A stretch of DNA of 47,561 nucleotides from an uncultured Clostridia bacterium (GTDB taxonomy: Bacteria > Bacillota > Clostridia > UBA1381), in assembly GCA_934481375.1 (NCBI GenBank), contig CAKSPN010000001.1, forward strand, positions 1 to 47,561, given 5' to 3'. The translations under genes and the position numbers were made by a program. The notes under the pieces are model-generated. The model worked only from the letters and a program-made list of their open reading frames with translations, made no database searches and was not told the origin of the DNA. Shown piece after piece: positions 25,250-35,533 of the stretch; position 1 is the first letter of the stretch, and the number at the start of each line of letters is the position of its first letter.

Positions 25250-26139
25250 TGTCTTTTTGTATGTCTTTTTATATTCCCCAAAACAATTCCCGATGAAATC
25301 AATGCAAATGCAGCCAAATACTGAATTTTAAAAATATCCTCGCCGAGGAGAACCGCCCCGAATATACATGCAAAAAGCGGCTCCGCAAATTTAATTATAA
25401 ACAGCTTTGACAGCTCCGCCGTGCGCTGAACATAATAGAAAAGCGTATAGCCTGTTATCGACGCAATGCAGATATATGCAAACACAAGCGTCGATTTTAC
25501 CGTGAATACGGGTATTTTTCCGCCCATTGCCGAGGAAATGATAAACAAAACGGCACCGCCGAAAAGCTGTGAAATGCCCGTTATCCAAAACGGTGAAACT
25601 TCTTTTGCGCTCCTGCCGCTTATTATCATTGAAATCACGGTGCAGACCGATGCGGAAATAATCAAAATATCGCCCGAAGAAAATCCGTGAAACGATTTCC
25701 CTGCGTTTATGGCAATTATTCCGCAAAATCCGAAAGCCGCACCGATTATTTTTGTCAGGGAAAATTTTTCGTCCTTTACGAACAAAAACGAAAAACACGC
25801 AAACAAAAGCGGTGCAAGCTGTTTCAAGATTGCCGTTTTTGCGCTGTCGGTTTTTGAAAGTCCCACATATGTAAAGCCGTAGTGCAGTACAATCGCAAAT
25901 ATTCCCATAAGGCATATATTGCAAATATTCCGCATTTTCGGCTTTGACTTTGAAAAGCACGCAAAAACGCATACGATTATACCGCACACGGCAAATCTTA
26001 ATGCCGCAAACATTAGAATATCGGCGGTATTGCCGGTATCAATTCCGAACACCCTGTAGCCTGTTTTTATAAACGGGAACAGCGAGCCCCAAAGCATCAT
26101 CACAATAAGCGGAAGAACTGTATTTTTTAATCTTCGCAC
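25243..26139 (-). CDS. DMT-superfamily (EamA-type) transporter
   Basis: About 10 TM helices arranged as two EamA-like halves. The start as listed is GTG 26139 and is uncertain. It overlaps the upstream gene by 13 nt. Confidence 0.8.
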   Translation of the reverse strand: MRRLKNTVLPLIVMMLWGSLFPFIKTGYRVFGIDTGNTADILMFAALRFAVCGIIVCVFACFSKSKPKMRNICNICLMGIFAIVLHYGFTYVGLSKTDSAKTAILKQLAPLLFACFSFLFVKDEKFSLTKIIGAAFGFCGIIAINAGKSFHGFSSGDILIISASVCTVISMIISGRSAKEVSPFWITGISQLFGGAVLFIISSAMGGKIPVFTVKSTLVFAYICIASITGYTLFYYVQRTAELSKLFIIKFAEPLFACIFGAVLLGEDIFKIQYLAAFALISSGIVLGNIKRHTKRQA

Positions 26140-27116
26140 ACTCTTAATACTACCTTTCCGACGTTTTCGCCGTTTTCCAGAATTTTATGAGCGCTATCGG
26201 CGTTTTCGATAGGCAGTACCTTATACACGGACGGCTTGATTTCGCCGCTTTCAAGCTTTTGCCAAAGCTTTTCGGTCAATTCCTTAAGTAATTTCGATTT
26301 TTCCTCCGAGGGGCGTTTTCTAAGCATACTTCCCACAATATGCAGTCCTTTGGTGAGTATCGGGCGCAGTTTTATATTTGTTTCCGTTCCGGCAAGCGTT
26401 GAGATGATTATCCAATATCCGCCCTCCGCCATATACGGCAGACTTTCGCCGAGTTCCTTTCCGCAAAGGCAGTCCATAGCCATATTTACGGGGCGTCCGT
26501 TTTCTTCTTCGGCTTTCAGGATTTCTGATACGCTTTGTTTTGACGAATTGATAATAATATCCGCACCGAGATTTTTTATTTTTTCCGCTTTCTCGTCCGA
26601 CAAAACAGACGTTATTACTCTTGCGCCGAATGCTTTTGCCATAGGTATCGCAACCGAGGCAAGTCCCGACGCTCCGGCAGGAATAAATGCGGTCTGACCC
26701 GCTTTCAGATGTCCCTCGTAGAATAAATTCAAATAACAGGTGGCGTATGCCTCGGGCAGGGACGCCGCCTCCTCAAAGGACAGATTTTTCGGCATATCCA
26801 TAACCATTCCGTATGGTACGCATACATACTCGGCATATCCGCCGCCGCCCAGAAGCGCACAAACCTTATCGCCGATTTTCTTTCCGTTTTCCTTTTTTGC
26901 GGTACCGCCCATATCCTCGATAACGCCCGAAACCTCAAGTCCGGGCCATTCGGGCCAGCCTTTCGGAGAGGGGTACGTGCCTTTTCTTTGCAGTAAATCC
27001 GCACGGTTAAGCGCCGCAGCGTGGATTTTTATTAAAATTTCATCATCTTTCGGAGTCGGTTTTTCAACCTCGCTCCACACAAGATTTTTGTTTTCATCAA
27101 CAAGCATTGCTTTCAT
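26127..27116 (-). CDS. Zn-independent MDR-family NAD(P)H quinone oxidoreductase-like enzyme
   Basis: IKIHAAALNRADLLQRKGTYP and GLEVSGVIE are typical of the QOR/PIG3 branch. Nucleotide motif IPAGASGLASVAI. Start moved to ATG 27116, 2 nt after the upstream stop. Confidence 0.8.
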   Translation of the reverse strand: MKAMLVDENKNLVWSEVEKPTPKDDEILIKIHAAALNRADLLQRKGTYPSPKGWPEWPGLEVSGVIEDMGGTAKKENGKKIGDKVCALLGGGGYAEYVCVPYGMVMDMPKNLSFEEAASLPEAYATCYLNLFYEGHLKAGQTAFIPAGASGLASVAIPMAKAFGARVITSVLSDEKAEKIKNLGADIIINSSKQSVSEILKAEEENGRPVNMAMDCLCGKELGESLPYMAEGGYWIIISTLAGTETNIKLRPILTKGLHIVGSMLRKRPSEEKSKLLKELTEKLWQKLESGEIKPSVYKVLPIENADSAHKILENGENVGKVVLRVCED

Positions 27117-27118
27117 AA

Positions 27119-27874
27119 TTAATCGGTTCCTTTCATAGATAATGTTCTTCCGCCGTCGCATACGTACGTCTGTCCCGTGACAAAGCGTGATTTGTCCGAC
27201 GATAGAAATTCCACAAGATTTGCAATATCCTCCGCAGTGCATTTTTCACCCAAAAGATTTGTTTTTGTTGCCCTGTCGCTGCTGTTGTCCTCCTCGGGGC
27301 GCATTACAACGCCCGGCGCAACGGCATTTACGTTGATTTTATACTGCCCGAGTTCCTTTGCAAGCGCCTTTGTCAGCGACATTATACCGCCCTTTGACGC
27401 CGCATAATCACAGCAGTTTGCCAAGCCGTTAATTCCGACCGCAGACGCAAAATTGATAATTTTTCCGCCCCGTCCCTGCTCTATCATAATTTTTGCGGCG
27501 GCACGGCTCGCCCAGAACGCACCGTAAAGATTAACCTTTAAAACCCTGTCTATAACGCTCTCCTCCTGCTCGACAAGCGGAACGTATCTTCCGCCTGCAA
27601 TCCTCGCACTTCCGCCTGCTATATGCACCATAATGTCAAGACCGCCGAAATCTTTTGCCGCCTTTCGGATTGCGCTCTCAATATCCTTTAAATCGGTCAC
27701 GTCGGAAACATAGCCTTTTGCGTTTCCGCCCGAAGCATTGACCTTATCCACGGTTGCCTTTACCGATTTTTCGCTTATATCGCACACCGCAATATTAATT
27801 CCCTCTTTTGCAAGCGTGAGCGATGTTTGTGTGCCGATATATCCGCCCGCACCCGTAATAAATGCTGTTTTCAT
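27119..27874 (-). CDS. Classical short-chain dehydrogenase/reductase (SDR)
   Basis: TGAGGYIG cofactor motif, HIAGG, and catalytic YAASKGG (YxxxK). Confidence 0.88.
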   Translation of the reverse strand: MKTAFITGAGGYIGTQTSLTLAKEGINIAVCDISEKSVKATVDKVNASGGNAKGYVSDVTDLKDIESAIRKAAKDFGGLDIMVHIAGGSARIAGGRYVPLVEQEESVIDRVLKVNLYGAFWASRAAAKIMIEQGRGGKIINFASAVGINGLANCCDYAASKGGIMSLTKALAKELGQYKINVNAVAPGVVMRPEEDNSSDRATKTNLLGEKCTAEDIANLVEFLSSDKSRFVTGQTYVCDGGRTLSMKGTD

Positions 27875-28506
27875 TGTTTATATTCCCCCTGTATTTTTTT
27901 AATAATTTCATCTGCAAGTATTCTTGCGCCTTTTTCGTTAAAGTGCGTCCGGTCGGCATAACAGCTTTCATCAAAGCGTTTTGCGACTGCGTATAAATCG
28001 TTAAACTCTGCTCCTAATCTGTCCATCAGCTTTTTTGCCTCGTTGTTGTATTTTTCTATTTCGGTGTTACGGCGCTCCCAGCCGTAAAATGAATTTTTTT
28101 CAATAACAGGCGTTGTTGCGGCAAAGATTATTTTGGCGTTGGGAAAGAATAATTTAATTTTTTTATGTACCCTTTCCAACATATATACATAATAATCAAC
28201 GGGCGTAAGCGGTTCATCGCCGTTCAGCCGCAAAACGTCCCATAAGCCGTTGTTCCAGTGAACCAAATCGATTTTTTCCACAGCCTTGCCGACGTATTCA
28301 AATATCTTTGCACGGTCACGCACATCGCAGACGGCTGTCATTGCCCCTGCGCCCATACGCATTATTTCCTTTGCGGTGTCCTCTGCATATTCCCCGTTAT
28401 AATCGCATACAATCACGTTTGCGCCCGACTTTGCAAAATCCAGTGCAATCTCCCTGCCGATGTTTTTCCCTGCACCCGTAACCATTACCGTTTTTCCTTT
28501 AAACAT
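27871..28506 (-). CDS. Chimeric ORF: SDR Rossmann N-terminus (~80 aa) fused to the C-terminal two-thirds of an SGNH hydrolase
   Basis: Residues 1-80 are KGKTVMVTGAGKNIGREIALDFAKSGANVIVCD...CDVRD, with no YxxxK downstream. From IDLVHWNNGLWD to DRTHFNEKG the sequence shows SGNH blocks III and V, but block I (GDS) is absent. Confidence 0.65.
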   Translation of the reverse strand: MFKGKTVMVTGAGKNIGREIALDFAKSGANVIVCDYNGEYAEDTAKEIMRMGAGAMTAVCDVRDRAKIFEYVGKAVEKIDLVHWNNGLWDVLRLNGDEPLTPVDYYVYMLERVHKKIKLFFPNAKIIFAATTPVIEKNSFYGWERRNTEIEKYNNEAKKLMDRLGAEFNDLYAVAKRFDESCYADRTHFNEKGARILADEIIKKIQGEYKQ

Positions 28507-28516
28507 TCCGTCCGCC

Positions 28517-29323
28517 TCACATTATTTTCTTCATATTATCAATTACCGTTCGTGCCGTTTTTAAATCAAGCTGTTCCATGGTACTGCCATCATTGTAGCG
28601 GTCAACGCAAAAAACCATATGCCCTCCCAAAATCGGGTTGACAATTCTCGACAAACTTCCCGAAATGCCGTTTGCGTGATAGCTGACGGCGGTTTTTACT
28701 TCTTTTTTGAGCATAGCCATAGTTTTAAAGCTTTCGATAAGGTCGTTTTCATTCTCCGCAAGGGTTACGATTTTTATAATATCGGGCTTGCGCTTTTCCA
28801 GAAACAGCGCCAGCTCGACAACCTGTTCGCAATTCATCGGAATTGCGGGGTGACAGGATAATAAAACCTCGGCGCCCATTGAATGAATTCTTTCTGTAAA
28901 TTCGCACTGCTTTGCTATTACACTGCCGTCGGTTACGATTTCTTTTGGATTTCCTTTTGTAAAGCTGTATTTGTCCTCGCCGAAAAAGGCGTCCTTTGAT
29001 TTTGCATCAAATGTGTAACCCTGCATATCAATGCCTGCCGCTCCGGCGGATACGGCGTCAAGAAAAGTTTTTACCCTCTCGTCCTCGGATAAGCCGCAGT
29101 CCGACCAGTCGTATTTTTTATTGTAATTTAAGGCAAGCACGGGCAGCTTTGATGCGCCTATAATTGTTTTTATATCCGCATTTTCAAGGCACGACATATG
29201 CAAATCAATCATATCCGCACCGTCATACATACAGTTTTTAATTTCCGCAATTGCCGACTGCGCCGATTTTTCCCGTATAACGCCCTCCAATGCCGGCGGG
29301 TTTATTTCGGTCAGCTTTTTCAT
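28517..29323 (-). CDS. Type I 3-dehydroquinate dehydratase-like TIM-barrel protein
   Basis: Aligns by eye to E. coli AroD: VLLSCH (His143 region), DIIKIV (Schiff-base Lys170 region), SYHANGISGSLSRI vs TMSMAKTGVISRL. Preferred start is ATG 29323 (GAGGTGG RBS). The ORF-track start at 29332 is GTG. Confidence 0.7.
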   Translation of the reverse strand: MKKLTEINPPALEGVIREKSAQSAIAEIKNCMYDGADMIDLHMSCLENADIKTIIGASKLPVLALNYNKKYDWSDCGLSEDERVKTFLDAVSAGAAGIDMQGYTFDAKSKDAFFGEDKYSFTKGNPKEIVTDGSVIAKQCEFTERIHSMGAEVLLSCHPAIPMNCEQVVELALFLEKRKPDIIKIVTLAENENDLIESFKTMAMLKKEVKTAVSYHANGISGSLSRIVNPILGGHMVFCVDRYNDGSTMEQLDLKTARTVIDNMKKIM

Positions 29324-29409
29324 TTTTACCACCTCGCCTAAATTATAGCACCAAAACGGATTGAGTAAATAGCAGTATTGATATTTTTATCAAATTTGAT
29401 ACTAAATAA

Positions 29410-29438
29410 TTGACATTAATATAAGTGTATGCTATATT
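29410..29438 (+). promoter_or_regulatory. Sigma-A-type promoter candidate for the AraC regulator
   Basis: TTGACA (29410-29415), 17-nt spacer ending in TGC, TATATT (29433-29438). Confidence 0.5.
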
Positions 29439-29461
29439 ATTAAGGGAAAGGGGTGTAAAAA

Positions 29462-30235
29462 TTGGACACCAATATTTTATCAGATTTGATTATAAAAAAT
29501 ATACATTCAATATATACGATGTATTCCGAAAAAAACGCAAACGGAAAAAGAAAAAGCAGACCCCTGTGGGCGGTTATAATCAAATACGAGGGCGAAACGA
29601 TATACACCTCGAACGGAAAAACCTACGTTTCCGACATCAATAACATTGCCGTTTTGCCGAAAGGCTGTGATTACGAGTGGCATTGCACCAAATCGGGGCA
29701 TTTTGCAATTATAGAGTTTGAATGTGAAAAATCGTGTTCGGGGATTTTTTCTTTCCCCGTCAAAAACGGCGAAATGTATCTTAAAGCAATCAAGAAAGCG
29801 GAAATCGGCAGAGCGGTAAAAAAACCGACCTTTATGCTTGACGAGATGAGCGTTTTGTACGGACTTCTCTCCTCGCTTATGAAAACTGCCGAGCAAAAAT
29901 ATCTGCCCTCCGATAAAAAGCAGAAAATACTCCCTGCAATCGAATACATTGCCGAAAATTACAACAAGGGCATATCAAACGAAAAGCTTTCGGCGGTTAC
30001 GGGACTTTCAACAGTTTATTTCAGAAAATTATTTAAGGAAACAACGGGACTTTCGCCCATCAGATACGTCCGCTCGGTTAAAATGAAAAAAGCCGAAGAA
30101 ATGCTTAAAAGCGACTACTCCTCTGTTGCAGATATAGCGTATTCGCTCGGCTACAACAACGTATACGAATTTTCGAGAGATTTTAAAAAGCACGCAGGCA
30201 TTTCTCCTTTAAAATACGCCAAAAATGAGCGCTGA
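29462..30235 (+). CDS. AraC/XylS family transcriptional regulator (cupin-like sensor + HTH)
   Basis: C-terminal double HTH (ISNEKLSAVTGLSTVYFRKLFKETTGLSP ... IAYSLGYNNVYEFSRDFKKHAGISP). TTG start with GGGGTG RBS. Divergent from the five-gene operon. Confidence 0.85.
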   Translation: MDTNILSDLIIKNIHSIYTMYSEKNANGKRKSRPLWAVIIKYEGETIYTSNGKTYVSDINNIAVLPKGCDYEWHCTKSGHFAIIEFECEKSCSGIFSFPVKNGEMYLKAIKKAEIGRAVKKPTFMLDEMSVLYGLLSSLMKTAEQKYLPSDKKQKILPAIEYIAENYNKGISNEKLSAVTGLSTVYFRKLFKETTGLSPIRYVRSVKMKKAEEMLKSDYSSVADIAYSLGYNNVYEFSRDFKKHAGISPLKYAKNER

Positions 30236-30354
30236 ACAAAGCTTGTTTAAAAAAGCATATTGCGCCGTTAAAAAAATTGTTGAATTTTTTTTGAAAAAGC
30301 TATGGAATTTTTCCGCAATTTAATATATAATAATAAGATAAATAGAATTTTTGA

Positions 30355-30404
30355 GCCTGTCTGCCGACAGGCGAACAAAGCAGACAAACCTCAGTCGGTT
30401 TGTC
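30355..30404 (+). repeat. Family-2 structured intergenic repeat (H0 + short linker + H2, no H1)
   Basis: GCCTGTC-tgcc-GACAGGC, GAACAAAGC, then AGACAAACC-tcagtc-GGTTTGTC. Confidence 0.7.
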
Positions 30405-30459
30405 AACGGTTCGGATTTTTATATGCAAGTCAAAAAAATTGGTTTTCGGAGGCGTTAAG

Positions 30460-30942
30460 ATGGAAGAGATTTTGAGAATTTTAGACAAGGAGCAGGGCAG
30501 AGTATCACGTGAAAAAATAGCGCAGATGCTCGGAATAAGCGAAGAAGAAGTTTCCGAGAAAATTCGTGAAATGGAAAAGCAGAACATAATTGTCGGCTAC
30601 AAAACAATTGTAAACTGGGACAAGACGGACATCGACCTTGTAACGGCGCTTATCGAGCTGAGAATAACTCCGCAGAGGGGCGAAGGCTTTGACAAGGTGG
30701 CGGAACGTATTTACAAGTATCCGCAGGTGCGTTCGCTGTTTCTTATGTCGGGCGCATACGACCTGGCGGTAACGATTTCAGGAAAATCGATGAAAGACGT
30801 GGCGCTGTTTGTCGCCTCCAAGCTGGCGCCGATGGATTCGATTATATCAACAGCAACGCATTTTGTGCTTAAAAAATACAAAGAGGAAGGAATTGTATTC
30901 GAGGACGATGAAAAGGATACAAGACAGGTAATAACTTTATGA
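30460..30942 (+). CDS. Lrp/AsnC family transcriptional regulator
   Basis: HTH REKIAQMLGISEEEVSEKIREMEKQNIIVGY plus a C-terminal RAM-like domain. ATG 30460 with GGAGG RBS. ATGA overlap with the aminotransferase gene. Confidence 0.85.
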   Translation: MEEILRILDKEQGRVSREKIAQMLGISEEEVSEKIREMEKQNIIVGYKTIVNWDKTDIDLVTALIELRITPQRGEGFDKVAERIYKYPQVRSLFLMSGAYDLAVTISGKSMKDVALFVASKLAPMDSIISTATHFVLKKYKEEGIVFEDDEKDTRQVITL

Positions 30943-32117
30943 TAAATCTGGATAATCTTATATCCCCGGTTGTGGACAGTCTGCCGCCGTCGGGGATAAG
31001 AAAGTTTTTTGATATGGCTGCCGAAATGGAGGACGTTATTTCCCTCGGCGTGGGCGAGCCGGACTTTACCACTCCGTGGACAATCCGTGAGGCAGGTATT
31101 TATTCGCTCGAAAAGGGCGAAACGCATTACACCGCAAATGCAGGTCTTGCGGAATTAAGAAAAGAAATCTGCAATTACACCGAGCGGAAGTTCGGCGTAA
31201 AGTATGATTACAAAAACGAAGTGCTTGTGACGGTCGGCGGCAGCGAGGCGATAGACGCAATGATCCGCTGTGTGGTAAGACCGGGCGAGGAGGTACTTAT
31301 CCCCGAGCCGAGCTTTGTCTGCTACAAGCCGCTTACGGTTATGGCAGGCGGCGTTCCCGTGCCGATTGAAACGAAAGAGGAAAACAATTTCCGTCTGCTC
31401 CCCGAGGAGCTTAAAGAGAAGATAACAGATAAAACAAAACTGCTTATTCTTCCGTATCCCAATAATCCCACGGGCGGAGTTATGTCAAAAGAGGATCTTG
31501 AGGCGATAGCCGAGGTTTTGAGGGACACAAACATTCTCGTGCTTTCGGACGAGATTTATGCAGAACTTCGCTACGGCGAGGAAAAGCATACAGTCTTTTC
31601 GGCAATTGACGGAATGAAAGAGCGCACTATCGTTGTAAACGGTTTTTCAAAGGCGTTTGCAATGACGGGCTGGCGTCTGGGATACGCAATGGGACCCAAG
31701 CGCATAATCAAGCTGATGACAAAGGTACATCAGTACGGAATTATGTCCTCACCCACAACGAGCCAGTTTGCGGCCATAGAGGCGCTTAGAAACTGCGACG
31801 AGGACGTTGAGGAAATGGTGCGTGAATACAATTACCGCCGCCGCTGTATAGTTGACGGTTTTCGTGCGATGGGGTTATCGTGCTTTGAGCCGCTCGGCGC
31901 ATTTTACGTGTTCCCGTGCATAAAATCAACGGGTATGTCGAGCGAGGAATTTTGTAACACGCTCCTTCAGGAGGAGCATGTTGCGGTTGTTCCGGGAAAT
32001 GCGTTCGGAGCAAGCGGCGAGGGCTTTGTCCGCTGTTCGTATGCGTATTCGATAGATAACATTCAGGAAGCACTCAAAAGAATAGAACGATTTGTTAATA
32101 AACACAGGAAAGGTTAA
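30939..32117 (+). CDS. Class I/II PLP-dependent aminotransferase (AlaT/AspB-like)
   Basis: PLP-lysine motif NGFSKAFAMTGWRLGY and LPYPNNPTG. Pairing with an Lrp regulator resembles B. subtilis alaR-alaT. Confidence 0.85.
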   Translation: MINLDNLISPVVDSLPPSGIRKFFDMAAEMEDVISLGVGEPDFTTPWTIREAGIYSLEKGETHYTANAGLAELRKEICNYTERKFGVKYDYKNEVLVTVGGSEAIDAMIRCVVRPGEEVLIPEPSFVCYKPLTVMAGGVPVPIETKEENNFRLLPEELKEKITDKTKLLILPYPNNPTGGVMSKEDLEAIAEVLRDTNILVLSDEIYAELRYGEEKHTVFSAIDGMKERTIVVNGFSKAFAMTGWRLGYAMGPKRIIKLMTKVHQYGIMSSPTTSQFAAIEALRNCDEDVEEMVREYNYRRRCIVDGFRAMGLSCFEPLGAFYVFPCIKSTGMSSEEFCNTLLQEEHVAVVPGNAFGASGEGFVRCSYAYSIDNIQEALKRIERFVNKHRKG

Positions 32118-32122
32118 GGTAA

Positions 32123-33748
<1,626 letters not shown>

Positions 33749-33796
33749 AGCGGACAGATAAATTGTCTGCGGTTTAAAATTAAAGAAGGTGTTTGT

Positions 33797-35533
33797 TTGA
33801 AAAGATATTGGAAATATATACGCCCCTATCTGCCGTTTTTCATACTCGGTCCGCTTCTGATGCTCAGCGAGGTTGCCGGAGAAATAGTTCTTCCAAAGCT
33901 TATGTCGGGAATGATGGACTACGGCGTAATGGAGGATTTGGGAACGCCGTACATCATCGGACAGGCGCTTAAAATGCTTTTATGCATACTCATTATGATA
34001 TGCGGCGGCACGGGCGGACATTATTTCTCGGTAAAAGCGTCGGCACATTTCAGCGCCGATTTGCGTAAAGATGTATTTTCACGTGTGCAGGAGTTTTCTT
34101 TCGGAGATATAGACAAATTCTCAACAGGTTCTCTTGTCACAAGACTTACAAACGATATAACCCAGCTTCAGAACGTCCTGAGAATGGGACTTATAATGGC
34201 AATGCGTGCGCCGGGTATGCTCATAGGCGGAATAATTATGGCTTGCAGTATAAACGCAAAGCTTGCGCTTGTTCTTGTAATTGTAATACCGCTTTTGACG
34301 GCGGCAATAGTATTGCTGATGAAAACGGCGTTTCCGAGATTTCAGATTATGCAGAAAAAGCTCGACAGCTTAAACTCGGGAATACAGGAAAACATCACAA
34401 ACGTGCGTGTGGTAAAATCGTTCGTGCGTGAGGATTTTGAAATAAAAAAGTTTGATAAATCAAACAGCGATCTCACCGACTCAACCTTAAGAGCGCTGAG
34501 AATTATAGTTGCGACAATGCCTGTTATGATGCTTGCAATGAACATAACTACTTTGAGTGTTGTATGGATAGGCGGTAAATTTGTAATAGGCGGCTCGATG
34601 AAGGTCGGAAGCCTTACGGCGTTTACGACCTACATTGTGCAGATACTTATGTCGCTTATGATGGTTTCCATGGTAATTCTCCAAAGCTCGAGAGCAACCG
34701 CCTCCGCATCAAGAATAACGGAGGTGCTTGATACAAAGAGCAGTCTTACGGATGATAACGCAAAAATGAAAGACAAAAAGGTTGAAAACGGCACGGTTGA
34801 CTTTAAAAACGTAAGCTTTAAATATTATGCCGACCGTGATGACGAAATACTTGAAGGTATATCGTTCCATATAGGCGCAGGGCAGACGGTCGGAATAATA
34901 GGAACGACCGGCTCGGGAAAAACGAGTCTTGTTCAGCTTATTCCCCGTCTTTACGACGTTGATTGCGGAGAAGTGCTTGTTGACGGCGTAAACGTAAAGG
35001 ATTACAGCCTTAAACACTTGCGTGACGGCGTGGGAATGGTACTGCAGAAAAACGTGCTTTTCTCAGGCTCGATAGAGGAAAATCTCCGCTGGGGCGATGA
35101 AACCGCCTCCGATGAGGAGATAAGAAAAGCCGCAGAGGCGGCACAGGCGGACGGGTTTGTAACATCGTTCACCGACGGCTACAAAATGGAACTGGGACAA
35201 GGCGGCGTAAACGTGTCGGGCGGTCAGAAACAGAGATTGTGTATTGCCCGTGCGTTGCTCAAAAAGCCGAAAATCCTTATTCTTGACGACTCCACAAGCG
35301 CAGTGGACACCGCAACCGAGGCAAAAATCAGAGAGGCTCTCTCAACGGAGCTTAAAGACACAACAAAGATAGTAATCGCACAGAGAATTTCGTCGGTTGT
35401 AAACGCCGATAAAATTCTCGTGCTTGAAAACGGAAGGCTTGTCGGTGAGGGAACTCACGAAGAGCTTTTGAAATCGAACAGCGAATACCGTGACATTTAC
35501 TATTCGCAGACAGACAAGGAGGTGGACGCATAA
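33797..35533 (+). CDS. ABC exporter half-transporter (TMD-NBD), heterodimer subunit 1
   Basis: Six-TM exporter domain. Walker A GTTGSGKTS, signature VSGGQKQR, Walker B ILILDDSTS. TTG start with AAGAAGGTG RBS. Confidence 0.9.
   Translation: MKRYWKYIRPYLPFFILGPLLMLSEVAGEIVLPKLMSGMMDYGVMEDLGTPYIIGQALKMLLCILIMICGGTGGHYFSVKASAHFSADLRKDVFSRVQEFSFGDIDKFSTGSLVTRLTNDITQLQNVLRMGLIMAMRAPGMLIGGIIMACSINAKLALVLVIVIPLLTAAIVLLMKTAFPRFQIMQKKLDSLNSGIQENITNVRVVKSFVREDFEIKKFDKSNSDLTDSTLRALRIIVATMPVMMLAMNITTLSVVWIGGKFVIGGSMKVGSLTAFTTYIVQILMSLMMVSMVILQSSRATASASRITEVLDTKSSLTDDNAKMKDKKVENGTVDFKNVSFKYYADRDDEILEGISFHIGAGQTVGIIGTTGSGKTSLVQLIPRLYDVDCGEVLVDGVNVKDYSLKHLRDGVGMVLQKNVLFSGSIEENLRWGDETASDEEIRKAAEAAQADGFVTSFTDGYKMELGQGGVNVSGGQKQRLCIARALLKKPKILILDDSTSAVDTATEAKIREALSTELKDTTKIVIAQRISSVVNADKILVLENGRLVGEGTHEELLKSNSEYRDIYYSQTDKEVDA

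Noticed and set aside
25391-25987. 198-aa alternative-frame ORF within the DMT transporter gene
   Set aside because: It is on the same strand but out of frame with a clean 10-TM transporter ORF. It is Arg/Cys-rich and not protein-like.
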